Shown: one piece after another, positions 18,031 to 26,591 of the stretch
How positions within the stretch are numbered: position 1 is the first letter of the stretch
Layout of the letters: each line of letters opens with the position of its first letter
Assembly: GCA_050253415.1 (NCBI GenBank)
Contig: JBFWJC010000005.1
Location: forward strand, 1 to 64,000
Source: Pedobacter sp.
Lineage (GTDB): Bacteria > Desulfobacterota > Desulfuromonadia > Desulfuromonadales > Syntrophotaleaceae
Reading direction: 5' to 3'
DNA length: 64,000 nucleotides
The notes under the pieces: model-generated
Told to the model about the DNA's origin: nothing
The model's input: the letters and a program-made list of their open reading frames with translations, nothing else
Database searches by the model: none
Program-made: the position numbers and the translations under genes

Positions 18031-18879
18031 TTATTTTTGTTTAACCTTTTTTTCAATTAAAACTATAAGCTCTTTTGCATACTTCTCTGCCGATTCTTGA
18101 GTATTACAGTCCTTGGCTTTAACCCTTTCAACCAGCACCCCTTCGTCTTGGAAAGGCTTGATTCTATAATGGGCATCTGCTGGTGATTCCTTATGAAAGG
18201 CTTTGCCGTCAACCTCTACAAATAGGACTACTCCATCTTTCAAAAGGACAAAGTCGGGCTCGACCCTTGAAAAATTTTCCCCTCCAATTATGAACACTGG
18301 CAAAGGGGCAAATGGAATGCCCGTTTTTTTTAGTGCCTTATAAAGTAAAATTTCCGGTTCAGACCTAAATAACAAACCCTCATATTCAATTTTTGCGACA
18401 TTTCTACTGTGAGCACGACCTTGATTGTTTATTTCAGAATAATCTTTATTTTTGGATAGGCTAGGACTCAAAGGCTCTTTGGGAAGGGGCAGACCCTCTT
18501 CACATAATTGCAAGAGTTCATACTCATGATTTATTTTTTTAAGCTTGTAACCATCGAGGCACAAGTGTTCATTTAGAAAATTAACTGCGTCCTCTATGTT
18601 GAAACCAGTTCCAAGAAAGTGCCTTGGGTCTACTGCAGTTTCTATTACTTCCTTAAATATTTGTTTTCCATTCAGTTCTTTTAGTTTGTTTTCTGCATAT
18701 TCCCACCTTGATGGGAACGAGTTCCCATAAGTTTCATTAAGTCCGAATTGATTGAAAAATTCAACGAGAGCCGGGCCAGATCGATATGGGGCCAAGGAAC
18801 TGTCAGGGCGGACAGGGTCTCCAGTAATTAGTTTTTGTATCCCGGTAATTGTAAGATTATCTACTTTTACTGGATTCAA
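18031..18879 (-). CDS. Cassette protein: abortive-infection-type N-terminus fused to a Vsr/DUF559-like endonuclease domain
   Basis: YRSGPALVEFFN...YG..FPSRWEY; RSEPEILLY...EPDFVL...VEVDG..FH; TTG start after AAGGAG. Confidence 0.65.
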   Translation of the reverse strand: MNPVKVDNLTITGIQKLITGDPVRPDSSLAPYRSGPALVEFFNQFGLNETYGNSFPSRWEYAENKLKELNGKQIFKEVIETAVDPRHFLGTGFNIEDAVNFLNEHLCLDGYKLKKINHEYELLQLCEEGLPLPKEPLSPSLSKNKDYSEINNQGRAHSRNVAKIEYEGLLFRSEPEILLYKALKKTGIPFAPLPVFIIGGENFSRVEPDFVLLKDGVVLFVEVDGKAFHKESPADAHYRIKPFQDEGVLVERVKAKDCNTQESAEKYAKELIVLIEKKVKQK

Positions 18880-18893
18880 TTTATATTCTCCTT

Positions 18894-19270
18894 GGCTAAC
18901 AGAGATTAGTCGGATCCGCATAAGCCGCCAAACTCAAAGTTCCTGTCCGTCTAACACGCAAAAACAAATACCGGAAACACGACAACTTACTGTTATTACA
19001 TCGGATTCAAGTTGCCTAGCCACTTATTCAGGTGTCTTATGCGGACCCGTATAAAATGCCATTTATATATACCGAAATATGAGGTTTGCAGCTTTCCGAG
19101 TGCCAGTATGTGCGTCATCAAAACTCATGGTAGTCATAGGTAGGTCACATCTGTCTGCCCCCTGATTCCCGAACATCCTTCTCTTTAAAATTTCGATATT
19201 TAAACCTACTCCAATACTACTCAGGTCAGATTATCTGTCAAAGGGCTATTGGTCCTAAAAGTTGTTTCAG
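18894..19270 (-). other. attI-like site and cassette leader, copy 1
   Basis: Lone GTTAGCC core with no upstream R''; leader homologous to 27742-28115; first cassette ends in the complementary GGCTAAC. Confidence 0.75.
19214..19241 (-). promoter_or_regulatory. Candidate Pc-like sigma70 promoter for the cassette array
   Basis: TTGACA-N16-TAGTAT pointing into the array. Confidence 0.5.
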
Positions 19271-19306
19271 GTATTTTTCGACTGGATAAACAAGACTTGG
19301 GCGTAG

Positions 19307-19383
19307 ATTCTTAGAAACCCTGCAATGCGAGAAAACCCCGTCTGGCAATCCGGACGGGGTTTCTGTGTTTCAGGACTAGTTAA
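19307..19383 (+). repeat. Module junction J8 (closest to consensus)
   Basis: ATTCTTA-gaaaccc-TGCAAT-GCGAGAAAACCCCGTCTGG-CAAT-CCGGACGGGGTTTC-TGTGTTTCA; TTGTTTCA box at 19262. Confidence 0.9.
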
Positions 19384-19417
19384 AAATAAGCCGTTATGGG
19401 GGGGCTTGTCTTGGCCC

Positions 19418-19630
19418 TCAAAATCTCCTCTTGCAAGAGCCAAAAATGCCATCCCTCTGGATGCGCTCATTGTAGTTATCGATTGCGGTTTTGTTTTCCT
19501 CAAGCCAGTTTTTGTCTTCTTCGATCATTTCAAGCAAATCGTCTATCGGCTCAGAACGCCCCGCCTTAACGTCTTCCATCGCCTGAATGGTCTTGAGGTC
19601 AACATATTTTTCGCAGTCTGTTTTTACCAT
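19418..19630 (-). CDS. Orphan CcdA-like antitoxin
   Basis: C-terminal WLEENKTAIDNYNERIQRDGIFG..KRRF matches the CcdA family pattern; RBS AAGGAGG; no toxin gene adjacent. Confidence 0.72.
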   Translation of the reverse strand: MVKTDCEKYVDLKTIQAMEDVKAGRSEPIDDLLEMIEEDKNWLEENKTAIDNYNERIQRDGIFGSCKRRF

Positions 19631-19875
19631 CGGTGCCTCCTTAGGGTGCGGACTTTCCATGGCAAATCCTACCATCCCTAGCGCTTGTGCCGCCACCCAT
19701 AATCTGTTGCCGCCCCTAGAAAAACAGCTTCAAGCCAGTATGTCTTCTCTATATCTATTTATTTAATTCCAAGACAGTAGCCGCCATAAAAAACGGTCCG
19801 CCTGGAATACCAGCAGGGCCGTCTTGTTTTATATTTCAGGATGATTTCTGGCTGATCACTGGCTACTTTTCTGCG

Positions 19876-19952
19876 TTTCTCGAAAATCCTGCATTACAAG
19901 AAAACCCCGCTCGGATCGCCAAGCGGGGTTTCTGTGTTTCAGAACTCGTGAT
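19876..19952 (+). repeat. Module junction J9
   Basis: TTTCTCG-aaaatcc-TGCATT, AGAAAACCCCGCTCGG-ATCG-CCAAGCGGGGTTTC, TGTGTTTCAGAACTCGTGAT. Confidence 0.9.
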
Positions 19953-20004
19953 TCGCGAGACAGTCCAAGAATGGAGAACGAGTGCTTAGGAAATTTATGG
20001 CCTT

Positions 20005-20415
20005 TTACGATCCCAAATCAATATGCGGAATATATTTCTTTTTCATTTCAAGGCCAAGTTTTGAAAGGTTGGTGATTATAACACCATTATTCGTCTTCAT
20101 AGATATTTTGGGCGTTAGCTGGTCAGAGATGTCTAAAACCCCCAAAGTGGTAATTCCAAGCTGGTTTATACATTTAACTCTGAACCTCTTCTCCCCAAGC
20201 AGCTTTTTTTCAATAATTTCATAGACCCAAGCAAAGGGGACTATTCTGTCCCTGTCTACAGCAAAAGTAACGATCTCAATTGTGCTCTCTGTCACATATG
20301 CTTTTCTAATGACTCCAGCAAACTTATGATCCTCTTGAAATTCAACAGCAATGGAAGCAGCATCAACTGTCGATGAAAAAAACAAAAAGTAAATAAGGCA
20401 TAGAATTAGCTTCAA
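20005..20415 (-). CDS. Hypothetical exported protein
   Basis: TTG start with RBS AAGGAG; signal-peptide-like N-terminus. Confidence 0.7.
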   Translation of the reverse strand: MKLILCLIYFLFFSSTVDAASIAVEFQEDHKFAGVIRKAYVTESTIEIVTFAVDRDRIVPFAWVYEIIEKKLLGEKRFRVKCINQLGITTLGVLDISDQLTPKISMKTNNGVIITNLSKLGLEMKKKYIPHIDLGS

Positions 20416-20518
20416 AGACTTTCTCCTTTTGAAGTATTTAGCCAGAAAACGATGAATTGGCCTCTATGCAATAGAGTGCCGCCATTTACGGCCCTTAATA
20501 AAGGTTTGAGGTTAAGGT

Positions 20519-21031
20519 TTACTCCAGTACCCAATTAGCAAAAACTCTTGGGTCCGAGGTGGCTGACCCGCGAGACTTCGTTTCGCGCCAATGCCTTTCT
20601 GCTATCTCATCGCTGATAGATATTCTAAGTTCAAAATCGGCAACATGGGCACCATGCGTTGCGCGGATTGTGCCATTTCTCCAATCATTAATCCGATAGG
20701 TCGTCTTATCAATAAGTAATTTTGGGTTGTCAAACATAGCCTCATCTTGAGCTGTCACAAGCTCTGCTATTGTTTCCTCGCAAATATTCTTTTGCCTATC
20801 ACAGGCAATGAAAACGCTATTTATCTGAGGTGGCTTATTGAGTGACCTATTTCCTGAAACTCTTTTCCAGCGACCGTAAGCAAAGACAAAATCACCAGAT
20901 TCAGAAATATTTTTGACATACGAATCGACTTGATCCGGCGTAATCTTTATCTCCCCCATTACGCTAGCTGGAAGAAAAAACAAAATAGAGAGTAGACAAC
21001 TGAGTATAAAATTAATAGATCTTGTTTTCAT
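20519..21031 (-). CDS. Hypothetical exported protein
   Basis: Signal-peptide-like N-terminus; C-x6-C motif. Confidence 0.75.
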   Translation of the reverse strand: MKTRSINFILSCLLSILFFLPASVMGEIKITPDQVDSYVKNISESGDFVFAYGRWKRVSGNRSLNKPPQINSVFIACDRQKNICEETIAELVTAQDEAMFDNPKLLIDKTTYRINDWRNGTIRATHGAHVADFELRISISDEIAERHWRETKSRGSATSDPRVFANWVLE

Positions 21032-21105
21032 TTTCTATTTGCCTTTCAGGTGCCAGGACTAGGGAGTAGATCAATCATGGACGCAGTCTTGTTTGTCTAC
21101 CCATG

Positions 21106-21669
21106 CTATTTTGAAAAATCTAACGCCACATATTTACTGCCCAAAAAAACCTCGCCGTACTTATCCAACATTATTTTGCTAGCATCTGATTTCGGCAGAG
21201 AATATCGATTCATTACGCCTTGCAATCTCTCTCCGTGTTCTTCCATATGAAACGCCTCAAGTGTTCCATGCAACCCAGATTGCTTGGGCGAGACTTTTAT
21301 CTTTCCGGAAACATTACGGCGAGACCTGTTGCTTCTTGCCTGAAAGGCATACTCCAAATCTTCGACTGGTATCAGTGACTCGATAATAAACGTCTCGAAA
21401 CAAATTTCATATTTGTCGTCAGCTTCCTGCCCTTGGTAGGGGAACCCGATAGCCCGAAAGCCCCTGAACTCAATTGTTTCCTTGCTTAGCGAGAAATAGA
21501 GCATTCCTATTCCTGCGAATTCACCATTGGTACTGTAATATCCTGGCTCCTCCTCAAAGAACGCTTCCATCTCAACGGGAAACCTAGCGTAATCGATGGC
21601 AACCTTTTGGGCAAAAGCACCGTGAGTAGAAGTAAGTAGAATGATAAGGAGCATTACAAATCGTGTCAT
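21106..21669 (-). CDS. Hypothetical exported protein
   Basis: Start re-set to MTRFVMLLII...AFA signal peptide. Confidence 0.7.
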   Translation of the reverse strand: MTRFVMLLIILLTSTHGAFAQKVAIDYARFPVEMEAFFEEEPGYYSTNGEFAGIGMLYFSLSKETIEFRGFRAIGFPYQGQEADDKYEICFETFIIESLIPVEDLEYAFQARSNRSRRNVSGKIKVSPKQSGLHGTLEAFHMEEHGERLQGVMNRYSLPKSDASKIMLDKYGEVFLGSKYVALDFSK

Positions 21670-21852
21670 ATGATTATCCCCCCTTGATGCGGCACACTCC
21701 ACTTCAAAGCGGCCAGCGTGATTATGGCTTTAATTTTAATCGCCTCCAATCTTACTTGGATAGCCCAGAAAATAAAACTATTTTGTCTAATAAATTGTTT
21801 CAGGTGTCCCCGGGGGGGGCGAGCCTTGGGAAAGCATCGGTTGTTCTGCTTT

Positions 21853-22312
21853 CCCTGCAACCGGAACACTTAAGCGATTATCCCTATCAGGAAGGAGCGG
21901 CTTTGCGCTAAGAACGTCTGGAAAGTCTTGCCTGACAACAGGGGGAGGGGTTTGTTTAAGGCCTGCTAGTTGGTTTTGATCCGTATAGGCAGCACTAAAA
22001 AACCGGGGTCGAATCAGAATTAATCCGTTTTGAATAGATTCTTGAATAGATACTTTTGCTAATTTCACATGTGTTTCAAGTGGGTTGAGTCTTTTCCTGA
22101 ATAGATACTTGAATAGATTCAACCTGTCAATTGGGCGGGAAGACCTCGAGCTCCAAAAAACCTGCAAAGTGGAAGTCAGCGCTACCACCACGGGATTTGA
22201 CCAGCCCGGTGGTGGTGGTTTTGACTTCCACTTTGTCGGAGACTTGCCGGAAGATGGTGGTTCTGACTCCACCTTTGTCTAGAACAGGCTCCGGGAGCGC
22301 CAACTTATGCGT
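21853..22312 (+). repeat. Non-coding element B, copy 1 (starts at junction core J10)
   Basis: Colinear with 28163-28579; starts at CCCTGCAA; TGAATAGAT direct repeats and inverted copies of the GTCAG motif. Confidence 0.9.
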
Positions 22313-22356
22313 AAACTCTCGCCGCTCCTTGGGGGTGCGATAATCTACCGTAGCTG

Positions 22357-23006
22357 AAGTGGAAGTCGGAACCACCACCTAGGGACCCGGTCGCCCTCAA
22401 ACTGGAAGCTAGAACCACCATCCTCAGCTCCGTTGGCCCTGAAAGTGGGAGTCAGAGCTACCACCTTGGCTATGCATATACGGATAAAACCCGGTCAAGG
22501 CTGGGGCGTTACGCATAGCTTGTCGCGCCTCGTGAGTAATCTGCAGTCGCGCATAACTTGTCGCGTTCAAAGGCTCATATCGCAAAACGTGGAGTCAGAA
22601 CTACCACCCAGACCACTAATCCGGTCAAACGTGAAGTCAGAACCACCATCCCGGGCTTCCTCTGATTTCAAAAGGGAAGTCAGAATCACCACCTGGGGAT
22701 CCGGGCCCTCAAACTGGAAGTCAAAACCACCATCCCAGAGCCAGATCCCGCAGAGAGAGGGGGCAGAGTTGCAACTTCAGCTACGCATAAGTTGTACCGC
22801 TTCGAGCCCGAATATGCTGTAAAAGCAGCTAATTCGCTCCGCTGCCGTCTAAAGTGGGAGTCAGAACTACCACCCTCGGGTCGCGGAAATCCAGGCAAAG
22901 CGGGAACCAGAACTACCACCCAGGCCGCCAATCCGGTCAAACCTGAAGTCAGAACCACCACTTCGAGGTCATTGATTGCAGAAAGTGGGAGTCAGAACTA
23001 CCACCT
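22357..23006 (+). repeat. Non-coding 42-43-bp-period repeat array 2
   Basis: Motif cores at 22365, 22408, 22451, 22594, 22636, 22679, 22720, 22860, 22948, 22991 plus degenerate copies; spacers related to array 1. Confidence 0.9.
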
Positions 23007-23135
23007 TGTTTTCGCCTAAGTTGTCGAACCCGGTGGAGGCCGGAGGTTGCGCACGAGATATAAGGCATTGCACCGAGTTTGGGCGCGTTACGCACAATTT
23101 ATTGTGCACAAGACATACAAATCAGTCACCCATTT

Positions 23136-23192
23136 TGGCTTATTAAGCCTAAAATACGAGAAGGGCCCGACCTTTTTTTAGGCGGGTCTTTC
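23136..23192 (+). repeat. Degenerate module junction J11
   Basis: TGGCTTA-ttaagcc-TAAAAT-ACGAGAAGGGCCCGACC...GGCGGGTCTTTC. Confidence 0.55.
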
Positions 23193-23226
23193 AAACAAAC
23201 ACCAGTGCTAAATCCAGCCTAGGTCT

Positions 23227-23925
23227 CTAATTTTTCAATTTTGCCATTTCACTGACAAATCCTTTTGCCGCAACAGACACCAGCTCATTGAGAAAGGATT
23301 CGATTTCAGGGTTTTTTTGATTTTTTATGATGAAAAACAAGTCCAAGGGCCTCCTCGGGGAATTAATGTTTTCAGAATAACCGATACCCTGCCATACGAT
23401 TTTTTGCTGCCTTATATCTATCAACTCACCAATAAACTTCAAATTTGTTCTGTACACATTGTTGGCGTCCGACACCATTCCAGAATATCCAGCATCTACG
23501 GCGTGTATCTTTTCTCTATCTATATCCAGCGACCTTATTGATAACAAATAATCTGTGCCAAGACACTCAACAGCTTCGTTCAATTTATTGAAGTCGATAT
23601 ACTTTGTTGTCTTGTAAGACATATACCACGATGAGAAACTTTCAAGTTTATTATGCTGTTGCAGTTCATATCCGAACTCAGGGGGATCAATAATCTGAAT
23701 GCCAGGATATACAGAAACTAATTCTTGGTTAATTCTCTGTTCTAACAGTTCGGGTAATAAAGGAAATTTGCTCGTTTCTTCAATCGGAAGAATGGCGACT
23801 TTTGTCATTTTATCGCAGGATCCACTATTCCTGTGCGTATAGGACTTGTTGCGTGTTCCCTCGATTGAGGTGCAAGAGCTAACCAAACAAATAAAAGCCA
23901 CCAATGCCAATATTTTTGGCTTCAT
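23227..23925 (-). CDS. Putative lipoprotein
   Basis: MKPKILALVAFICLVSSC lipobox-like signal; KVAILPI and IVWQG motifs; RBS GGAGG. Confidence 0.75.
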   Translation of the reverse strand: MKPKILALVAFICLVSSCTSIEGTRNKSYTHRNSGSCDKMTKVAILPIEETSKFPLLPELLEQRINQELVSVYPGIQIIDPPEFGYELQQHNKLESFSSWYMSYKTTKYIDFNKLNEAVECLGTDYLLSIRSLDIDREKIHAVDAGYSGMVSDANNVYRTNLKFIGELIDIRQQKIVWQGIGYSENINSPRRPLDLFFIIKNQKNPEIESFLNELVSVAAKGFVSEMAKLKN

Positions 23926-24228
23926 ACGCACCCTCCTGTTGAGAGATATCAAGACTTTGAAATGGAGCGAAGTAGGCTTTTACCCAGGCAGGCATGGTAT
24001 CCGCACCCCATATCGGAAAACCACTTGATGGCTGGGCGTATCACCGAAAGAAGATGTGTGTTGTAGAAAATATTGCCAAAGCAGCCTAAAAAATATAACC
24101 GAAATACACAAAACTTCAGAAATATTTTTACAGGAGTAGCTTCTACTCAAAGGTACTTCATTTGAAAGTGGGACCATTTCAGGTCGTGTTCTAGACCTAA
24201 TTATAGCATCGTGGAGAGGGGCAATCGC

Positions 24229-24308
24229 CGATTCCCGCAAACCCTGGTTTAAGAGAAAAGCCCCCGATCCAGCGATCAAGGGCTTTTGGTGTCTGACGAG
24301 TGGTGATT
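24229..24308 (+). repeat. Highly degenerate module junction J12
   Basis: TCCCGCAAA...GAGAAAAGCCCCCGATC-CAGC-GATCAAGGGCTTTT-GGTGTCTGA-cgagtgg-TGAT. Confidence 0.45.
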
Positions 24309-24508
24309 TCCAGGACAGGGCATCGAGCCCCCTTGAAGTTATGATCTCACACCTCCGAAGTGCCTAGGAAAGAATGGGCGATTCACCCTTCATTTCTTAC
24401 CGATTCGATCCCATTTCTTCGCACTGGATTCCGTGCCATATGAAAAGTGTTTGGGCTATAACCGTCCCATATCCAGCATTCACCACAACCACGAAAGGAG
24501 AAAAGATT

Positions 24509-24607
24509 ATGTCAAAGGGAACCGTACCTAGACCACCGAATGGACCAAGCACTACCGGAAGACCTTCAGGTGGGGGCAGGGGAAATAACCCGCCAAGGCA
24601 CAAATAG
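24509..24607 (+). CDS. 32-aa Gly/Pro-rich small peptide
   Basis: Strong RBS AAAGGAG; MSKGTVPRPPNGPSTTGRPSGGGRGNNPPRHK; terminator-like hairpin follows. Confidence 0.65.
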   Translation: MSKGTVPRPPNGPSTTGRPSGGGRGNNPPRHK

Positions 24608-24618
24608 TTCAAAGTTTT

Positions 24619-24643
24619 TGAGGCGGGTGTTTAGCCCGCCTCA
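24619..24643. terminator. Hairpin between convergent genes
   Basis: TGAGGCGGG...CCCGCCTCA. Confidence 0.6.
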
Positions 24644-24646
24644 TTT

Positions 24647-25705
24647 CTATCCAGCTTTGTGCATGGCGTAGCGGGTCGGGTAAGTGGATATAATTTTAAG
24701 AACTTCTGCCTCTGAGAAAACTTCACAAGCAGCATGATACAGCTTATCGATGATACGGACACCGCCGTATATGTCCTTCATTTGCAGACAATAATCGACA
24801 TGGCTATCACTTCGGCCCTGAACTTCCATTGCTCTTGCATGTAAGCCTTTCCCAAATCTGTCGACCCTAGCCCAGGAAGGGTGCTTGCCCTTTTTTAAGT
24901 ACTGCGACAAACTTTTTTCCAGGCCCTCTTTGCTAACGGCGTCGGGACTATTCCCCCCTCCTTCATCGTCAGAAATTCCGGCCTCTCCAAAATGGTCGAC
25001 CATCTCCTGAACAAATTCGTCCGGGGCTAATTGCAATGATTTCATCCATTTTTGGAAGAATATGCTTGATGGTGAATCGATGGCCCCGTCCGCCCCTCTT
25101 GCGGGAATTACTTTTGAAAGGATCGATTCATGGTCCGAAGAATAGAGACCCATATATTCTGACTCTGCAAAAGAGAGAAGATAAAGAACGCTTTCCAAGA
25201 AAATGCGGTAAAGGGGCTTTTTTAATTCTTTGTCGTTTCTGCATTTCTGGACCAGATCTCCGACCGAGGAAGGCTCTAGACAATAGAGGGGGACGATCTC
25301 ATCAGCCAAATATCTCCGATAGGCGGAAAATCGATCATCCAGGGCTAGAGGCTGAATTTGTTTTATGAAAGAGATATCTTTGTCGGCAAATTCATAAATG
25401 AGGTGGTAGGTACGGGGTAAGAAGTCATCTTCTTTTTTTTGAATGGATTCCAGAAACGTCTTCCAGGAGATGGGGACCTCGTACCTTTGATCATAGATTT
25501 CATCAGGGATATTAAATCCCTGCTCCCGGAACTGGTATTCAAACTTATGGGAGATTGCGGGTGGGAAAGACTTTCTTTTCAAATAGGTTTGGATTTGCCG
25601 GGTGGACAGATCTGCGGCCAGGGAAAGGCCAACGGTAACGGCATTGCGGTATTTGATTCCGAGAAAGTCTTCAAGGAGAATTTCGGGGGTTATGGTCAGG
25701 TACAT
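24647..25705 (-). CDS. Hypothetical protein
   Basis: 352-aa ORF with no recognisable motif. Confidence 0.7.
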   Translation of the reverse strand: MYLTITPEILLEDFLGIKYRNAVTVGLSLAADLSTRQIQTYLKRKSFPPAISHKFEYQFREQGFNIPDEIYDQRYEVPISWKTFLESIQKKEDDFLPRTYHLIYEFADKDISFIKQIQPLALDDRFSAYRRYLADEIVPLYCLEPSSVGDLVQKCRNDKELKKPLYRIFLESVLYLLSFAESEYMGLYSSDHESILSKVIPARGADGAIDSPSSIFFQKWMKSLQLAPDEFVQEMVDHFGEAGISDDEGGGNSPDAVSKEGLEKSLSQYLKKGKHPSWARVDRFGKGLHARAMEVQGRSDSHVDYCLQMKDIYGGVRIIDKLYHAACEVFSEAEVLKIISTYPTRYAMHKAG

Positions 25706-25737
25706 TGGTGTGACTTTTTATTCTTGTTTTTGGGATG

Positions 25738-26346
25738 CTATCTGTAAATTCTAAAAGCATAGTACATATGTTTTTCAAAGATTTCTTTGAAATTTAAATT
25801 ATTGCTCCAACTATATACGAAAACCCACCCCTCTCCATCTGGATAGAATCCAGGCTGAGGCCCAGAAGGTGATGATAGCCATTCGGCATCGGGACCAAGA
25901 ACCCCAAGGTCTGAACTATCCATAAACAAGTAGTATGCTCTTCCCTTTTGAACTTTGAGAGGAGGGAGAAACTCAAAATCCACCCATCCTGGATTGGAGG
26001 TATGTACCTGAGCATACCCCAACGTTTTTCGATTAAGGTCCATTTGGTTCAAGAGTCCTCTTTTCCCACCTTTTAAAGGAAGAGATGAGATGATTTTTAC
26101 ACGCCAGGGGCGAGCACATCCGCTGCGCATTTTAACCGAAACACGCGTAATTTTATCCGATGGAGCAATAAAACTCTGTGCCTTTGGATAATAAGATGCG
26201 CCGCCAGAAATTGTAGCGATTTCTGACCCAATAAACTCCGGGGGCCTTAATGTCTCTTGCTTGTTAAACCATGGGAGTTTGCCATGAAAAAGGGCTATGA
26301 ATAGAGCGATGTTAAGCGCCAGCGATAAAGACAAAAAGATTTTCAT
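25738..26346 (-). CDS. Hypothetical membrane-anchored or exported protein, probable beta-sandwich
   Basis: N-terminal TM; AQSF...WVDFEF..PL.V..G..YYL pattern. Confidence 0.7.
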   Translation of the reverse strand: MKIFLSLSLALNIALFIALFHGKLPWFNKQETLRPPEFIGSEIATISGGASYYPKAQSFIAPSDKITRVSVKMRSGCARPWRVKIISSLPLKGGKRGLLNQMDLNRKTLGYAQVHTSNPGWVDFEFLPPLKVQKGRAYYLFMDSSDLGVLGPDAEWLSSPSGPQPGFYPDGEGWVFVYSWSNNLNFKEIFEKHMYYAFRIYR

Positions 26347-26420
26347 AGCATTAAAGTCTCGATGGATAGAGGTAAGGTAGACTTAATAAAAGTCTCGGGA
26401 TAACCTGCCCACACATATAT

Positions 26421-26496
26421 TGCCCTATAAAACATGCATTATTAGAAAATCCCGCCTGTCGATCCGGACGGGTCTCTGTATTTTATAACTCGTGAT
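26421..26496 (+). repeat. Module junction J13
   Basis: TGCCCTA-taaaaca-TGCATT, AGAAAATCCCGCCTGT-CGAT-CCGGACGGG, TATTTTA-taactcg-TGAT. Confidence 0.82.
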
Positions 26497-26519
26497 TTAT
26501 AGGACGGGTTTTTCTACGG

Positions 26520-26591
26520 TCTTAACGTAATAGCTGTGCTGCGCGAACGAATCGCAGCGGAGTGAGTGTCAGAACGAGCGCCTTTTTAGGT
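26520..26591 (-). other. attC site with degenerate R'' (ACCTAAA)
   Basis: Minus: ACCTAAA-aaggcgctcgt...gcacagctattac-GTTAAGA; contains the stop codon of the cassette gene. Confidence 0.7.

Larger units (their letters stand above)
15435..19326 (-). mobile_element. Integrase-less integron cassette array 1 (5 cassettes + attI-like leader)
   Basis: Five attC sites, each downstream of one minus-strand ORF; cassette starts complementary to their own R'' in 4 of 5 cases; no intI. Confidence 0.88.

Noticed and set aside
20453..20495. Possible extra junction (TGCAATAGAG)
   Set aside because: Lacks the left arm, the CCCCG hairpin and the distal box; better explained as a small local hairpin.
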